Source: Octopus bimaculoides (Eukaryota). From it: DNA of 49,309 bases. Of the stretch, positions 48,601-49,309 are shown piece after piece (the first letter of the stretch is position 1; every line of letters begins with the position of its first letter). The stretch is from assembly GCF_001194135.2 (NCBI RefSeq), contig NC_068991.1, positions 39,242,478 through 39,291,786 on the forward strand, in the 5' to 3' direction. Position numbers and translations under genes: made by a program. Under the pieces are notes generated by a model. That model was not told the origin of the DNA and made no database searches. It was given only the letters and a program-made list of their open reading frames with translations.

Positions 48601-49185
48601 GTGTTGTGTTTGTTCCCTACCACAGCTTGATAATCGGTATTGATTTGTTTACTTAGCATTTCGGCAAAATAGAATAAATACCGGACTTAAAAATTAAGTA
48701 CTGGGGTCGATTTGTTCGACTAAACCCTTAAAGGTTGTGCTCCAGCACAGCCGCAGTCCAATGACTGAAACAAGTAAAACGTTGTTGCAATACTCATCAT
48801 TCGAAACTCTGCTAGTTAAATAACAAGAAAAACGAGAAAAAGCCATATCATAACCGGCGGCGACTGTCTTCATCGGGTGATGTAGACCGATATTTCAGCT
48901 AACCGTTGTTCTGGCGTATTTGTGTGGTGATAAAGTAAATGGAAAATTTCATGGAGTCTAGCGCCAAATCATGATTATAAATCGAGATGCGTGAGAAATA
49001 CAAGCCATAAGCTACTAGTATTCAGCATAACTGCTTTTTGTAAAGTAACAATTGTAACATTAATTTGCAAATAAACATATTAATAAAAATCGAAATATTG
49101 TGCTTGGTTTTATTTGGGGACGGCACACAGCCAATCTAAACATTCCAGCTGCCAGTAAACCTCTAAATTGCCAAAATTTGAAGCC

Positions 49186-49233
<48 letters not shown>

Positions 49234-49309
49234 AGTAGTAGCAAGGCGGTGAGCTGGCAGAATCGTTAGCACGAAGGACAAAATGTTTAGCGGCACTTCA
49301 TCCATCTTT

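Overview
This is AT-rich, repeat-dense eukaryotic DNA with 10 N-gaps. The SINE families and microsatellite load suggest a cephalopod, probably Octopus (inference). The ORF track is mostly uninformative, and the real genes were recovered by reading splice sites by hand. (1) Six in-frame minus-strand exons encode the ciliary BART-domain gene CFAP36/CCDC104, from ATG at 22422 to an exon at 118-204, continuing off the left edge, with RFX X-box-like motifs just upstream of the ATG. (2) A candidate plus-strand semaphorin signal-peptide exon at 27084-27295 lies head-to-head with CFAP36. The rest is mobile DNA: three full-length mariners of two families, a Penelope-like element (RT + GIY-YIG), hAT, Tigger and Gypsy relics, RTE, CR1/L2 and RLE-type LINE fragments, MITEs and many tRNA-derived SINEs. 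The most striking signal is a set of minimal type-I hammerhead-ribozyme motifs. These include a tRNA-headed SINE family (4 copies) whose 3' part carries a Penelope-type hammerhead, one copy showing the 5' inverted duplication typical of Penelope-like insertions, and several unrelated hammerhead-bearing repeats beside (AT)n tracts. All calls come from reading by eye; no searches or folding were run.
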